Assembly (NCBI GenBank): GCA_002633005.1
Contig: NMRA01000374.1
Location: forward strand, 213,252-277,251
Direction: 5' to 3'
Length of the DNA stretch: 64,000 bases
From: Phoronis australis
Lineage: Eukaryota; Animalia; Phoronida
In this document: in pieces, positions 1-14,365 of the stretch
Layout: each line of letters opens with the position of its first letter
Numbering within the stretch: position 1 is the stretch's first letter
The notes under the pieces: model-generated
The model's input: only the letters and a program-made list of their open reading frames with translations
Databases searched by the model: none
What the model was told of the DNA's origin: nothing
Position numbers and translations under genes: made by a program

Positions 1-299
1 CAAATGTCTAGGGAAGCATTTCCGTAATCGTGTTGAAATTTCAGAACGTGTTCCTGTCCTGGCGCCGTCACTTGCTAATGCCACGAGGTACTCTCTGTTA
101 AGGAGGGACGCACAGATGGATCCGTCGGTTTGTTGTTTAAACTGGACATGATCAAGCATATAAAATTGGGACGCTGTCATCAAAACATGCCCTTATGTAA
201 ATGATCGGTGCGCTTAATTTGCTTACCACTGTGGATATCTTGGTATTTTCTGCCATAACTGTACTCACGATTTTTCCTCGCATTTGCTTGGCTATGTGC

Positions 300-690
300 T
301 TGATTATGGACGTTGCACTTAAACTTCAAACCATCAGTTTTTAAAGGTTTATGAGAGGTTCGTGATAAGCGAATTGGCTATTCATTTGATCAAGTAAATA
401 TGCCGTTCTGGAGACCTTTTTCGTTGGAGGTTTTGCAGCATTTTAAAAATTACAGAGTTTAAAAGGCATACTGTGGTAGATGCTCAGGAGGTGTTGCCGT
501 GTTTGTGAAAGCAGCATTATCTAAGTAAGTCCTCAAAACATTTTCTGATTATCCTGACATGACAGGAATTGTTTGTGATGGTCGAGCTTTCAAAATAGAC
601 AAAGACCGGGCGTACTTTATATTTTGACTTATGTTGCTCCAGAATCATTTACTGTTTCTAGCAATGCGCATGGGGGCGGTAGTTTGAAGG
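300..690 (+). mobile_element. Degenerate non-LTR retrotransposon (CR1/L2/Crack-like) APE endonuclease fragment
   Basis: ~475-520 translates GRCSGGVAVFVK and ~629-650 YVAPES, both typical LINE endonuclease motifs; interrupted by stops and frameshifts. Confidence 0.6.
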
Positions 691-2959
691 TAGAAGAAGA
701 TTGAAAATATCCCTCAATAGCGGAGTTGCAACGCCGCCATATTGGAAATGGGTCAGAATGTTGCATTGTGGTTAAGCCGGTAAACAAGTACGTCGGCAAG
801 CGTGGGGGCGAACCGGCCACAGGGAGGTTATACGTGTTGTGTGCCTGGCATGCTATAATACCAGTTAGCGAAATAAAAAATTTAGTTACTACCTGTTTCC
901 CAAGGATCAAGAACTGCGTTAAACATGGGTCAGAGACATCGGTAGAGCTGGTAGCAAAGGCCGACTTCGTGAATTCTTTCCGACTTCGTAGCATAAAGTG
1001 TGCAGCGCTCATTTTGAGGGCGGCAAGAAAACGTATCTTAGAAACTGCCCAACAATATCTCCCTTCAAAGAAACAGTAACAAATACTCCACGGCGGTTGG
1101 TAGTGAAAAAAAAAATTTTTTTCGCTTGACCAGAACCAAGCCAACATGAGCAATTTTGAGGATAATGCCTCTGCACAATCACCTGTTCTGGGTCGACTCA
1201 CTTAACGTATGCACACTATATGCATTACGCGCTAAGATAAAGCGTGCAGATTATTATTATTTACTTTCTACAAAATTGTGGTACATTGCTATCAAAATTC
1301 GTTGTTAAATTACGATCATTTTTCATAAAATTTTGTTGAAGTTCCAGGGCGAAATCTTGCCGACAAATGCGTAGCTGCTGGTCTCGCAATCGTCGATAGG
1401 GCTTGAATTCTTAAATAAGAATACAGCTTTGACTCAACAAATTACCTGAAATCCTCCTCAAGTTTTCCAAATAGCGTCTCTAAGATTTTTAAGTTCTTGT
1501 GAAGTCTGGATTAACTGCAGATTAAGTCCAAATCTACGCTAGATTGTAGCACGCAACCCGAGAAAAATCTCTGTGGGAACACATGTTGTTGTCACGTGAC
1601 GTTTGTTTTGAAGTTTGTATGCATGTGTGTGAGAGTAAGCGTGCGTGTGCTTGTCAGAGTTCATTTGCCAGAGTAATGTAATGATCTAGGTGTGCATTGT
1701 ATCAAAAAAAATAAGTCAAGCAGTCAAGCAGAGCGTGTTTTAATATTTACGGCTTAGCACTTGCTGGCCTCATCTGCTAAAAACGTTCGAGAATTTTTTC
1801 GGTAAGACCGACATGTCACTCATTGAGTCGCCGGGTGAGTGGATGCGTGACCGTAGTGTAACAGCTATTTCCCGGAAGATTTGGGGTGTAAGGGTGCGAA
1901 GTGGGTCATTTTGACCTTAAAAACACCAATTATGATTAGTTAAATAATTTCTCTTAAAAATAATGCAGAAGCTTTTTACGGTATTGGAAACTTTCGGAAA
2001 TTAGTGCCAATATTTATTTGCCGATGCTATGTTACCCGATTAATCTTCGATGACAGTCGGTACATTATGCAGCGCGCGCTTCTTGGTCGCGTGCTAACAC
2101 TGGTCGAGTTTTTTTTTTTAGTCTTCGATTCACGGTTTTCACATGCACAAAGAAGTTTGAGGCCGGAGAAGATCTGTACTGGAAAGAAACAATGCAATCC
2201 CGCTCTTTGACAAGTACGCTGTGTCTGTTTTCAAAGTCCAGACCCGCGTAGTGGGGCACATCCCTCGCAAGAGCAGCAAAACTTCTGCGTTCTTTTTGAA
2301 TCGCGGCGTAAGTTTGAAGTGTATACGGACATAACGGTGAGGCTCGTGGTCCGTTACAAATTCAGGCTGTCGGATCTTTCAATTGATAAATTGGAGACGT
2401 TAGAACTGTAGGTAAGGGCATTTTTCGCATGTAGTTCATGGGCTGGGCGCTTACTTTAGCAAAGTCTGAAAACGCGTTGGGGCACTTGTTGAGCCATGGG
2501 CGCTAATTAGGGCGAATAGCGGCAGAATTACATACAGCAGCGTAGTTTAATGCACACAAATTACACGTCGTGCAAACCAGCCGGTCATCCCGTTTACCAT
2601 CAACAATCCCAGTAGCCTTTGCGCACCCTAATTTCCGGACATGCGCAATCGTTAAATCGATTCGGTTGCAACTCCGCTATTACAAGCTACTTTAATGTGT
2701 AAATTGCATATAATACTGACTGGATACTTTAACGCTAGGACTGCAGGCCTAATCCACAGATTGTATATTAGATGATTTTTTGATATTCCTAGGGATTCAC
2801 TTGATGGTAATGTTAACAACTTTGGGAGATGATTTTTGTAGTTATTTAAAACGTTTGGTATTCACATAGTGAATTGATGATATGAGAATGAAAGACAACA
2901 AAACTAGCGATCATTATGTTTTAAAACTTATTGACGGATTATTGTAATCATAACTCGTA

Positions 2960-3905
2960 TTCATATATTAAGTCTAAACGCCCATTCTAACTTATAGTGT
3001 TGCGCCACAGTGAAAATAAAGTTATATTGAAATTGGAATATTGATAGCTGACGTGAGTTAATTTTTGCGTACGAAAACAAAAGAAAATATTTATTTATTA
3101 AACAAATATTGGAATAATCGGAGTTGTTTGTAATAAATTAACCCACCACAGATATAGTGTTGGTACAAAACCTTCAGACAACTTCAGAGGATAGTTCATC
3201 TACAAAATAAATAAGATAAATAAAAAACAAAAACACAAAAAAAAAGTTTTGAATATTCTGTATAGACGGTTAGTCAAAAACAACGAAAGGCTGGATATTA
3301 CATATGCGAAATGAAATTTAAAAGTCTAGCTAAGAAAAGGGTTACCAAATGATAACTCACCGCTAACTCGCACGAGGATGGAGCATGGACTTTATGGCGA
3401 ATTTGTTTGATAAAAAACACTAAAACTAACGATCGCTGTGTTTCAGAATTTGTCGACGGATTAATGTAATCGCAACTCGTATACATATATTTACATTCAA
3501 AGTCTAAACGCGCATTGTAACTTATCGTACGGAGATTTTTAGATGGAAATTGATAAATTGGTAGTTGATGTCTGTTAAAATTTTTGCTTACTGAAAAAGA
3601 GAATAAAAATTTTGAAATTATCGGAATTGTTTACGATAAACTCACCACATAGATAGTGTGGGTGACAAACCTTTATACAACTTCAGAGGATGGTTAACAT
3701 ACAAAAAGACAAAAATAATAAAAAAACAAAAATGTATTGAATATTGAATATTGAATATAGACGATCTACAAAATGAAATAAAAATATAGAGTATAGACGG
3801 TTGGTCAAAACAACGAAAGGTTGGATACTACGTACGCGGAACGAAACTTAAGTCTGGCTAAGAAAAGAGTAATAAGCAAATGATAACTCACCGCTAACTC
3901 ACAAA
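2960..3905. repeat. Diverged tandem duplication, ~530-bp period
   Basis: AGTCTAAACGC at ~2971 and ~3501; CAACTTCAGAGGAT at ~3179 and ~3678; TATAGACGGT..GATAACTCACCGCTAACTC at 3261-3369 and ~3792-3900. Confidence 0.8.
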
Positions 3906-6900
3906 CTCTGATCTCGGAATAGTTTCTGTAATCGGCCATCTCTATTCCGTTTACTATATCGCCGGCGTTCGAGGTCTTTATGTACACGTTACGTAGCACC
4001 TAATAATATATAGACAATAATTTATTTGCGACGCGTGTATGCCCAGTGTTTGGAGTAGGGTTTGTGTCAGCCTAGGTTTTCCGTGATGATTATGAAAGAT
4101 TTGTCAAAGCTCAGACGGTGCTTTGTGTATATTTGTGTACGAAAACTTGACGTCACACTTCGCATTCATCCACTTTTATTCACTTTTGTATGCCGTTAGT
4201 AATTCTCGGTTAAACACGAAAAGTTTCTTTTCTCTCTTAGTTGACCACACTATTTCCAATACCATGTATACCTACCTGCAAGCAAGGTGCAAGTTCACCT
4301 ACTTTTATCCCAAAAGACGAGTGTTCGACGGACCTTTGAACATTTAATTCGAATATTTAATAATTTGCTATAGACTACTTTAACGGATTCTGAAGGTCTT
4401 GATGATTTTTGTAGTGTATTGGAATGATGATTTTTGCAGTGTTGGTTTGTCATTAATACACGTTTAAACGCTATCGGTTTTATGTTTTGTTTTAGCTGGT
4501 CGCCTCTTGCTATTAGTATTATTATTGTGATTCGCTTAGTACCGTCGGGTCCTGGGTTAGACTTAACGTGACATCTGTTGTTGAGTTGGGTGGTTATCGC
4601 CTTTTGTATACGCCTTTGCTTTTGATCAATGAGAGAGAACAAACAATATACAACGGCGACACTCACTTAATTGGCGCAAGCGAAATAAGGTAATCCACGT
4701 TTTGTTCTTATTCAGCAGTGTCATCCCTCTTTTGTTTTGGTGTCGATCTGTTGCGAGGAGCCGCAAAAACGAGCATCGAGGCGCCTCTCTAACGGGGCTC
4801 ATTACACTTATTACGTCATGAGGTGTGACGTCATTGGCTCATCCGTCTGGTAGGCGGATGGTGTCCCTTCCTATTGCAGTTATCTCACGTGACCTGACCT
4901 TTTCCTTTCACATGGATGACCTTTGACCCGAGGAGCCGAAAACAGGCGTCCAAAACCTCTTACTATACTACTAGCCTAGTACTAGTCCACGAGAGCACCA
5001 GCCACCCAGCGGCAAGGTGGGGGTCAGCCGATTTTCAACAAATTTGGCACATAGGTAGTCCTATGGGATCTATAAACATTGGTAAAATGTTTCCTCAAAA
5101 TATTACGATTTACCAAAGTTATAGGCTCAAACACATTTTATGGCTTCGCAGCCATGTTTTTACGGTATACTGGAAACTGTCCAGCTTTAACTGTTTATAT
5201 TATTACTTGAATGATAGCTACGGAATTATTATTCACTTGGCCTTGTTTAGTGGTGCCTATAGATTGTTACACAGATGTCTTGAAAAAATTCCGCTTTACC
5301 ATCCTCATTTAGTAGTTTTACTTCACTGCCCCCGTTATGCTATTTTGAGGTTATGTTGAGTACACTGCTGTACCAAATCTGCCCCACTGCTATGAGAATG
5401 AAACTTGTCCAAAATGTTGACAAAACAAGTTACTTTCATTGCATAAAATAAAAACTTTGTCAGCCAATTTATTAATTATACATTTTGGCACCTCAAATGT
5501 ACCAAAATGAGAATTTTTCAAATATCTGAGATCGATGCGTGAGCACGTAAATTCAGATTGTCCTACATGTTTTTCGAAATTTTGCAACGAGTTTGTTCCT
5601 CCTTAATGTTTTGAATGTTTTACTGCTTACCACTTACGACTATAGTACTCCTAGACACCATGGCTCCGTTTTGTAAAAAGCCGATTATGTCCTCCACAGT
5701 GAATAGGGTTAGACATGAACTCGACAAATGTAGGTTATTTTGATTTACAGTCGTTATGCCTTGCAATTTCCTCATGGGTATTTCTTCACACACATATTCA
5801 AGTCAGATTTCTTGTTGGTCAAATGTTTCTGCAGAGCATTGTACTCAAAAGAATGATAAGTTTGGTGGCATGACCCCAATTTTCCCACGACTTAAAACAA
5901 AAACCGCAGACATTTTCATGACGAAATACCGGGTTTGCAGTTCTCTAAAAACATTCGAATGACAAGACAAACTCCATCACTATCCGTGGCAACTCGTCGC
6001 TTGTATATCGCCCATCGGTCCTATCATTGTTTTCCTTTGTTGTGTCATTCTTGGATATAACAACACAGGTCGCATGGATATAGAACCTTGTGTACATCAG
6101 ACCGATGCCGATAAATGCTCGTCATTATCTTTATTATAACAACGGGAACAATGAAGATGCTAATCTATTGTTCTCTATGCGACCAGGTTCCCCGTCGATT
6201 CCCAAAGTATCCACAAACAATGACCACGCACCTCAGTAAATTTACTGGGCACATGAATCCTTTCCGTGGAACCTTAACACCAAATTTTTATATCTATGTA
6301 TTGTGTTGAGTTGTATTGCTATTGGTGCGGGTTCAGACTCCGTTGCATTAAGATTTCAATCCCCAACCCTGTATTATGTAGTTTGAGTGAAATTTCTAGA
6401 CAATGCAGGTTTGTAGATTTATTCTCCTATAAATGAAGAGCAAAAATCAAATTCTACACTGGTTTTTTAAAAGAATAAAACAATGTTTGATAATCTTATT
6501 CCTTATCTTATATTTAAAAGATGACTACCTCACAGACAACACATCTAAGTTGAAGATATTTCTTGTGAAAAAATATAAAACACCAACCAGAGACTTGTAT
6601 ACAACAAAATATGTTTTCATAATACAATATAAAGATAACTGTACAGTCAAAAGTGCAAATGTTATGACTCTAATACAAAATTGTCAACACTGAGTCAACC
6701 ACACAAAACCCATCAAGTCAGGGAGTTGCATTTAAGGTGATGTAGTCTCACTGCGAAAAAGTGATTTCGGAATGTCGCTGACAACACTGGAAGTTTTTCT
6801 TCACAAACGTGAGATAGCTGTGTGTACCACATCAACGTTCTTATCAACCAATTACCACTACAAAATGAAACATTGGCTTGTCTGTTCCAATTAGACAGCA

Positions 6901-7719
6901 TTTTACAATGAAATGGTCATGAAAAAATACTTTTGCAACATGGTTTGCATTACAATTGCCGTAGGATTACAGTTGTACATACATACTAGACCAGAAATAA
7001 AGTTACCCATGGGAACCATAAAATGGTCAATTTGCCAAAAACCATGGAGCCTCCAGAGCTAATGTGCCAATACTTTTTAGCGCTGCAACAAAAAATCACT
7101 TGAAGTGGACATTAACTCGCCTAAAATGACATAAAACAATTTTTGATTTGTACATTTTACCATCATGAAATAGGTATTATTTCCAGGTCACTTTTGAGCA
7201 ATTTCGGAATTTCGAAAGATCTGGCAATATGCAATTGCTAGAGACCAGTGTAATAGTAGGTGATTTTATACACAGAGCATGGTGTCGAGGAATAGCAAAC
7301 TGTCAATTTGCTGCAATTCCAGAAATCCCCTCCCACCTGTATAAGGAACAAATTGAGCAAAGTTTATAGAGGTAAATGGTCTAAATCAAAACTTTACCTC
7401 CTGGATAGAAGGTTTACAGCCCAGGCAGAAAGATAAGTTAACAAAACCAGCCTAACAGTAAGAGGGGCTCAAATTTCAGTAATACCCATTCACAAACAAA
7501 AATCTGATGGCAAATAAAATGTGGAAACATAAATTCAGATTAATTACGTAATTTCAAGGAAAAGAAACAGTGCAGTGGTCAGAAATCATCTAAATCTGAT
7601 GGCCACACAGAAATTCTGTCAGACCAAAAAATCTAGTGGCTAAACAAAAAGAACATTGTACCATTACCATGTAGCTGTTCCAACTTAATCCAGTGGCCCA
7701 GGATCATGATCGGTGCCGG

Positions 7720-8295
7720 GAGAAAATTCAATCCAGGTAAATTTTAGATTTGTGCTGTTCACACAGCAGTTCTGCTACAAACAAAGCTTGCAACAACACT
7801 CACACAAGCCTACTTCCCTACACATCTGTGCTTACACAATAATACCACCACTGGATTTAGCAGATCAGCCAGAGTATTTACAGGTCCAGCCACTATACTG
7901 TTTTCTCCCTTTGAATGTTTACAATACTACATCCTTGACAATCTCAGAGGGCATATTGTCTCTTTCCAATGTATACTCCACTTCCTCCGTCCCAGTTTCC
8001 CCCACTTTAGCTGAGAGTGGCCTATCTCAACAAATTACTTTGGACCTGTTGTGGTATAAGCCAGTAATCTTTGGCAAATACTTTTCCCCCCGACTCGTTC
8101 CTGAAATTACAAATTCTTTTTGACATATCTTCTGGGAGTAGACTTTTCAACCTCTCTCTAGCTTCCTCACTTAGTTGTCCAGAAGGGCACCTTCTTGCCG
8201 GTTTTGAACTTTTCCATACCCAACCTTTACTTATAATCGGCAGGTCTCCAACTTCAGCAGAAGCCACTTCTTCAGCATAAACCTTTCCAGATTCC
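7720..8295 (-). pseudogene. Degenerate coding relic with a Cys-rich tail, probably TE-derived
   Basis: Splice-acceptor-like TTTTAG at ~8295, then ESGKVYAEEVASAEVGDLPIISKGWVWKSS... continuing across stops and frameshifts into WYYC..KHRC..VGLCECCCK. Confidence 0.4.
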
Positions 8296-9584
8296 TAAAA
8301 TTGTATTAATGAAAAAATTAAACATATCAAATTTAATGTGGCCATTTCTGCTCAGAAAATATCAATACCAAGCTAAAGTGAAGGCATCACAAATAAGTCA
8401 TTCAGATTTGATTAAAAAAATTTACGAAATGAATTTTCATGTACCTGACTGTAGGACAAAAGTATAAAACAGAAGTAAGGCACATTACATGTAGAAAATA
8501 TTGAGACCGATTAAAATTATTCGCACTACCTATGTGTCAGTGTTTATTGTGAAATGAATGAGTTGTGCATTATATTTCTCTTCAGAACATTGAAACATAA
8601 AACAATTGACCAACTTAGTTTTTTGAGAAATACACAATATTTTTAACGGCTTTAGCATGTTTAGTTAACTTCATATTCAATCGCAGAAATTCATTGGCAG
8701 ACAGAACATACTCCCTAGTCTCTAAAAGTAGGTAATAGGCAGAAGTCATGTAACACATTTGGTGATTATTATGAAAAGTTAAGATGACAACCTATTTTCA
8801 ATGCCAATGTATACACGCACTACATATACATCAACAAATTTGAGTAAGATATGATAAAGCAATAAGGCCCAAGATATAAGCAATCACGGTGTGTCAATAA
8901 AAGTGTTTTTGCACGAATGACGTGCTCCTAAAAATATTCCTCTGGGTCAGACCCTGGATTTTGGTGATTCCTACTTGAGCTCACACGAAGCACGACGTTG
9001 AGCCTTGACTTAACGTCTTTGGTCATTTTTCAGACTTCTATCAGATTCCTCCTCTAGTGTGCAGTGGATGTACTCAGTCTTTGGCGACGCCAATATATGT
9101 CGAGGGTTGTAACCACGATTCGGGCAAGTGAATCTAACGGTAGATTGCGTAGGGTCCTGCTGCATACCTGCCTCCGAGCGAGGCAGACACTGAAATAATT
9201 TTCTAACACTGAGACAGATACTCTGGTTGGCTATGAGACAGACTACTTCTCAGGAGGACACGTTCCACCTCCATATCAGCTCCCCTCACTTTTAAGGTTC
9301 TCAAATGTCTCGCTCTATTCCTTGTACGTTTCCCAAGAGTTTCCAAAGTTGTTTCTCTCCGCAATTTGTTAAAATACCACATTCTATGCCACTGGCAGTG
9401 CCAGATAAATATCCATTATTCAACTAACTCATTGTATGTTTTAGTTTGATATTCAATGAATTGGATGAACAAATCTAGTATAATTTCATATTATAATGGG
9501 AACTGCTAGTGTCCATAAAATTAATTAAAAACATTTAAGCAAACCAATTCTTTTAATTGTTGTATTATACCACGGCATTTTGAA

Positions 9585-9609
9585 TGCGTCGAAACGGCGC
9601 ACTACTAGT
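9585..9609 (+). mobile_element. Helitron-like 3' terminus (hairpin + CTAG)
   Basis: TGCGTCG-AAA-CGGCGCA hairpin (one T:G pair) followed by ctaCTAG and a T. Confidence 0.5.
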
Positions 9610-9620
9610 GTCTGGTTTAA

Positions 9621-12600
9621 GAGTCACTGCATAAGAAAGTCAGGCAGACACGGGAACATGACATGTCACTGGTTTTTTAAATAAAGTTTAGTTTTACTCT
9701 TAGGTGGAATAGTCAACTCCTAAAATAATTTTATTTAAAATATCTAACTTCTTCACAGGTAACTGCCCTCTCGAAATTTTTTGCTAGTTTATGTCTTCGG
9801 AAACCATCAAAATTTTAGAATTTTTGTTGCTTCACTGTGCAACAACGACAAATTAACAGAAACTAAGAATGACATACTGAATTAACACAACTTCTGTCTA
9901 CATGAAAATGTAAAACTCAAAGTTGAAACGTATTCGCAAATTATATATTTTGTTCCTTATTCAACTCACCTGAGTCATGCTGTGTAACAGGTGGAAATGC
10001 CCTTTATTCAGAAAGCTGAGCCTTTGTAGAGTACATATCTATTAAAACATTCGCGGGCAGCGAACTTGTGTGTCCTGCATGCTATGATTGAAACCACCCA
10101 CTTTGCTGATATCGGTCGTCCTGTTCGCCATCACTGCCACACTCCCATTAACAAACCAACAAAGTTCTAAAGATTTATGAGTAACAAAAAACGATGTCAA
10201 TAAGATTGTTTTAACAATGTTAAAACATTTTCCGAAGCTAGAAATCTGAATTAAATTAAAATTGTTTTGACTGGTGCTCAGAAATTGACAATTAAAGCTG
10301 AAATTACGGACTCAAAACGATGGCAATTGTCGGTTTTGTAATGTCTGCTTGACGTCTATTAACGTAAAGTGGTTCAGAAAAAATAAGAACGTATATTAAC
10401 ACGAGGCAAGCCAAAAATCATACTTGATTGAATGGTTATTGCTAACCATACCTTTTAAGTACCGAAGGTATCGGTGAACTTAAGTGTTTTATTAACTAAT
10501 ACTCATGGAAACTCTGACTTGCAACACACAGAAAAACATCAGTGCAGTATTTATTACACAGGAAATTTATACAACGAAGCCTTTGGTCATAGTTGATATC
10601 GACCTATGGGTAGACACTTTAGTGTCCCACCTGTAAATTGATTATATTGCCATTAAGCAGTGCTGTAGCAGCGCGCAGGCACAGGTAGGCGAAACCAACC
10701 ACCTTTTGGCATTTGAAGGTAGTGCCTACGCACCATAAGTTACGTTCAGTGCTCAAGGTGATATGGTGGACTTTGGGCGCCTACTTACCTTTAATTTTAC
10801 CCCTACAGCACTGCCAATAAAGAGCACCATAGGAGATCGTCCAATCAACAATCAGTGTCAGTCGTGCTCATTTCAATGGCAACATTTCTGTACAGATTAC
10901 ATTGGTACGCCAGGAAGTAGGAAAACGTTGCTGTCACCATAACTGAAACTTATTTGCGAAATTTGATGAAAATCAGTCAAGGAACTTGCTGGATAAAGAG
11001 ACTAACATGAAGACGTAAAGTTGCCATTAGGGGCCCAGTGGTAGTCAAATACATCCCAAAGCTCTCTTGTGTCATCTCATTTGTAAAATTTTAGATTCAC
11101 TAAGGATTTGGAGATGAGCAGCAGATGCCAGACAAAAAGACCGGGATGACAGCATAATGGGCCTACACACGCATGCTTGCAAACAGTCATACAGAACAAG
11201 GCAAAGTAATCAGACAATATAAATCTATGCCCCACTTGATGGCTAGTCCTGTCAATGCAAAAATGACTGGTAATAACTATTACCACAGCTAATTACAGAA
11301 TGTCTTAGCCACCATACTAACTTTCCTGTTTCCCTTCATTTTCAGTCACAAAGGAAGACCACCTTGACCATGAATTCTACTTTTCCCCAGCTGTCATGGC
11401 AAGGAATGCCGGGTTATTTTGTCAGGATACGTTTGGCCTGTACTGTACACCCTGTGCATTAATGTGCCGTACAGATAACCTGGAAATGACAGTTAAAGGG
11501 ACACTCTTGGCGTTAGAAGTAATTTCACAGAAAATATCATGAAATCAAACCCACTACCAACATTACTTCATAGCAATAGGCACACCATAAGGTGCACAAT
11601 AAGAATACAGTAACACTGATGATTACGATCTACCTGGATACTGCTCAAGATTTTAGAACAGCAGTTCTATGATTGTGTCCTGCGGTTCTAGTTTGTTGAG
11701 AACACCTCACTGGATCGCTTTTTGACCAGTTTTCATGCCTTCGTTGAACGCATCAGTCAAAATTTCTTTACGCTTTCAGTCTTTATTTCAGACCTTTATG
11801 CTGACTTCAAAACCCACCCCATTGTGCTTTATGACTGTCCTGCTGTTTGGGTACTAGCTGCCTGCATTTTTATACCTGCAAATGTAAAACTCAATAAGAC
11901 AGTATATGTTATCTAGTCCACTGACAGGCAACCAGAACAACAATTGTCAACCATTTGTGAACACCGCTCACGCACCTAATTGTAAGCTGATTCCTGTTCA
12001 CACAAATCAAACACAGTATTTGCAACCAATAATCAGTTCAAAAACTCACGTGACTAAAGAATCATATGCATGACTCAGGGAAGAGTGTGTGAGGAGTGTT
12101 GAAATGTAACAAAGCTGGATGCAACACCAGGAGCCATATACCAAATTGAGCTCAACGAGCATGTCACCTTCAATACCAGTGACTTTGGCAGCCCACTTTC
12201 TCCCCACATCAGTGATGATTTTAAAGTGCCGCTGGCTGTTTATCATGCCAGCCCATGCTAACATGCTGCTTGAGTTCGTTTCGAGAGGCAAAATGTTGTT
12301 ACAGCCATCTTTTGGACACAGGAATATCTTCGTCTTTCGATTGCTGAAAGTAGTGAAAGGTCTCAATGAGGATGCAACATGACATTCCTCAACAACTAGT
12401 TCCACTGGTTTGCAATCAGAAGCAGGATTCTCCAAAACCATCAAATATTTAACTTTTGTTTCAGACCACATACACAGCTGAAACTAGTTCTCAGATGGTA
12501 TGACAGTGAGATTTCTGAGAAAAAAATAGTTATTGTATACAGCCCAAACAATGAATTGTTACGTAGCTCACTTTCAAATGAGAAGTTGATAAGTTGCCGT

Positions 12601-13662
12601 AGTCCTGGGATTGAGTGGTGAACATCCTTTGCATTCCTGAGGCTGCAAACGTACACCTTGGCTTACAACCTGGATAGGCCTATACTGCCACATAAGGTGC
12701 TTTGGACAGATGATCTTTTGTTCTAACAGGCTGGCCAGTTCCTTTGTCTCTCACACTCCCATTCGTGCCAGATTGCCAATCAACTCCCATTCTTCCAAGT
12801 GATCTAGTGCGTTGGCACTTTTAGGTATTTGACAATATTTTGTTGTACGTAACACAACGGCTCGCTGGCTTTTCCATTTTCATTCAGAGCGTGATCTATT
12901 TTCGTAAACCTCATTCCATTTCTTAGCTAAATGTCAATAACGCAATATTTTGTTAAAAGGACTCCCGAAGCAATTCTGGTTATCTTCAATAAAGTTTAAT
13001 ATGATTTTTTACTACGATTTACTTCAAATTTGGATCATATTTTTCATGTTTTCTGCTTTGCCGCCCTCTATTGGTGGCAGTATGAAACAGGTGAAAGTGG
13101 TGATAGTGCCTTCGCTAAAGTGTAAATCGATAATTAAAAAAGGTGCTGTCCACGGAAATAACGATATCTTGTCAAAGACGAGAGCTGTAGCTATCACAGA
13201 ACCCATGTGTGGGTGGTGTGCGATTTTGCGCGCTAGAAGTATATAGGCCTCTATATAGGTTTAAATTGGTAGCTGTTTTTGGCCCGTGGAGGCATGGCAT
13301 TCAAAAGTTCCTTAAAAATATCAAAATACACCATTCTGAATTATTTTTGGCATTATCAATTACAAAAAGGATAGTTGTGTATAACTCAATCATTTTTTTA
13401 TTTTTTAAACGCCCGCTAAGTGGTTTAATTCCCATAGAAACATAGGGCATTTTCAACAGTCGCGCACAAGGGGTTAAGTCATTTCTTCACCTGATTTAGT
13501 TATTCGTTATATATTTACTAAGTGACGAAAGACAAAAATAATTTTTATATTTTTGTAGCTAATTCATCCCAAGTGATATATATCCTGTATCGAATTTAAA
13601 TTCCGTGACATGTCATGTTCCCATAATATTGCAAATCGCCTGACGTTCTCATGAAGTGACTC
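9621..13662 (-). mobile_element. Sola3-like DNA transposon, internally deleted (copy A)
   Basis: TTAA on both sides (9617-9620, 13663-13666); imperfect TIR GAGTCACT(G/T)CAT(A/G)AGAA(A/C)GTCAGGC..GGGAACATGACATGTCAC; transposase relics EEWELIGNLARMG..IICPKH (~12700-12800), IPGLRQLINFSF, FLCPKDGC, GWVLKS..FNEGMKTGQK. Confidence 0.75.
10658..10813. mobile_element. hAT-like MITE nested in Sola3 copy A
   Basis: 11-bp TIR CAGTGCTGTAG / CTACAGCACTG; flanking 8-mers CCATTAAG / CCAATAAA match at 6 of 8, consistent with a decayed 8-bp TSD. Confidence 0.65.
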
Positions 13663-14365
13663 TTAACACGACAAATGCACATACGCGGCCTGAAAAGAGT
13701 GAAACTCAGACACCTATTACCAAGCCTGCCTGAAGGGCTGACAAAGATTTTTTTATATTAAATTCAAAGGCATGGAGTCTTTTACATGCCCATGTTATTA
13801 TTATTAGTTTTCTCGAGGGGACAGCTTCGCTATAAGGGTACAACTTACTGCTGGTTTTTCACTAGAATAAAATGTACCTCCAAGGAAAAAGTTCCAGTGT
13901 TACCATGGTAACCGATATTTCAGTGTCGGTGCCGTTTTTATTTGCATTGGTCATGAACCTATCATGTGATATCAATATTGTTCAGAAAAGATGCTCTTTG
14001 AAGCAGGAACTGGAGTAGAAAAGTTGGTCAAAAATGACTCATTCCACACCAAGAAATTGTCTCATTTTGCCCCCAAGAATTCATCCATTGTATCTCCTAA
14101 ACCACCAAACTTTGGGGGGTGTCATACTTCACCCAATTTCTCTCATCCCTAATGTGATTTATTAGACTAAACATAGATCTGAATGGCTGACCCTCCACCT
14201 TGTCGCTGGTTGGCTGTACAGTGGTCGGTGAATCCGTCGACTGACACTTAAAAGACACCTCACACGAGTCATCCCATACGAATTTACGATAGTACGAGGC
14301 TAACCCAAGAAAACTCCGTACATCGGTGAGACCTTTTGGAGGAGACCAGCACTTGACTGCTTTAA

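Noticed and set aside
629-1201. Overlapping 190-aa and 117-aa ORFs
   Set aside because: No recognisable domain and non-ATG starts; probably chance ORFs
6713-6960. Possible Sola-type transposase fragment (VCEEKLPVLSATFRNHF)
   Set aside because: Similarity too short and no supporting termini were found
13456-13477. piggyBac-like right end ..CACAAGGGG|TTAA
   Set aside because: No matching left TIR was found, so no element could be delimited
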